A stretch of 64,000 nt of DNA, counting the filler, from Dirinaria sp. TL-2023a (taxonomy: Eukaryota): NCBI GenBank assembly GCA_051941275.1. It is 14 parts of 14 records of this genome, joined end to end, with 100 filler letters (N's around TTAATTAATTAA, not from the genome) between each part and the next. Parts side by side here need not be neighbours in the genome. Positions count along the whole stretch, not along the records: positions 59,639 to 64,000 come from JAVEBF010001854.1; 13 more parts are not named here. One strand, written 5' to 3'. Below the pieces are notes generated by a model. It was not told the DNA's origin. It ran no database searches and saw only the letters and a list, made by a program, of their open reading frames with translations. Made by a program: the position numbers and the translations under genes. Numbering within the stretch: position 1 is the first letter of the stretch; the number at the start of each line of letters is the position of its first letter. Shown here piece after piece: positions 63,723 through 64,000 of the stretch.

Positions 63723-64000
63723 ATGTCCGACGATCCCACCAACAACCCATCCATGCTGCGCGGACACGCAACCTACGCTGCGGGAGCCGCTAAAGTATGT
63801 CCCCCCTCTCCTATGTCTTCCTCCTTCAAGCCTTCATCCTGCTAAAACAAAACCTGACTAGGAGGCACTAGGGATCCAATCTGGGACCTCGGATAAAGAA
63901 TACGGCGTAAGTGAGATGCGGGCCGCGAAAGAGCAACAAGAAGGAGGCGTGGGAAAGAATGAGACGGTCGGGAAGGCGGAGGAGAAATTAGGGGCTGTGA
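63723..64000 (+). CDS. Small hydrophilic stress/LEA- or CsbD-like protein (runs off window)
   Basis: MSDDPTNNPSMLRGHATYAAGAAK, then intron ~63795-63860, then EALGIQSGTSDKEYGVSEMRAAKE...GKAEEKLGAV. Confidence 0.6.

Noticed and set aside
1..64000. tRNA, rRNA, snRNA, CRISPR array or intact transposase/RT
   Set aside because: None was recognised by eye. tRNAscan-SE, Infernal and a repeat-library search would be needed to exclude them.

Overview
Eukaryotic DNA from a filamentous ascomycete (Pezizomycotina), with short spliceosomal introns and fungal-type genes. The window is not contiguous. It is 14 unplaced contigs of about 4.4-4.5 kb, sorted by decreasing length and joined by an artificial 100-nt N44-TTAATTAATTAA-N44 spacer, so synteny is meaningful only within a contig. 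Recognisable genes: Hsp70 SSB, mitochondrial RRF (partial), RSC4/polybromo-like (partial), PDA1, white collar-1, IME2-like kinase, DUS1, an Mtr-type permease (partial), a clade-D beta-carbonic anhydrase, a cytochrome P450, an alpha/beta hydrolase, F-box proteins, secreted proteins and a Ulp1-like protease. Three observations stand out. (1) One contig carries two paralogous intron-containing DUF6590/PemK-MazF-like genes around an acidic coiled-coil gene, a candidate eukaryotic toxin-antidote locus. (2) An NLR and a beta-propeller pseudogene are hypermutated by an atypical CpC->TpC RIP-like process. (3) Three otherwise intact genes are each broken by a single in-frame stop, one of them a TAG at a probable Trp (candidate A-to-I recoding). 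All family assignments are by eye; no searches were run.
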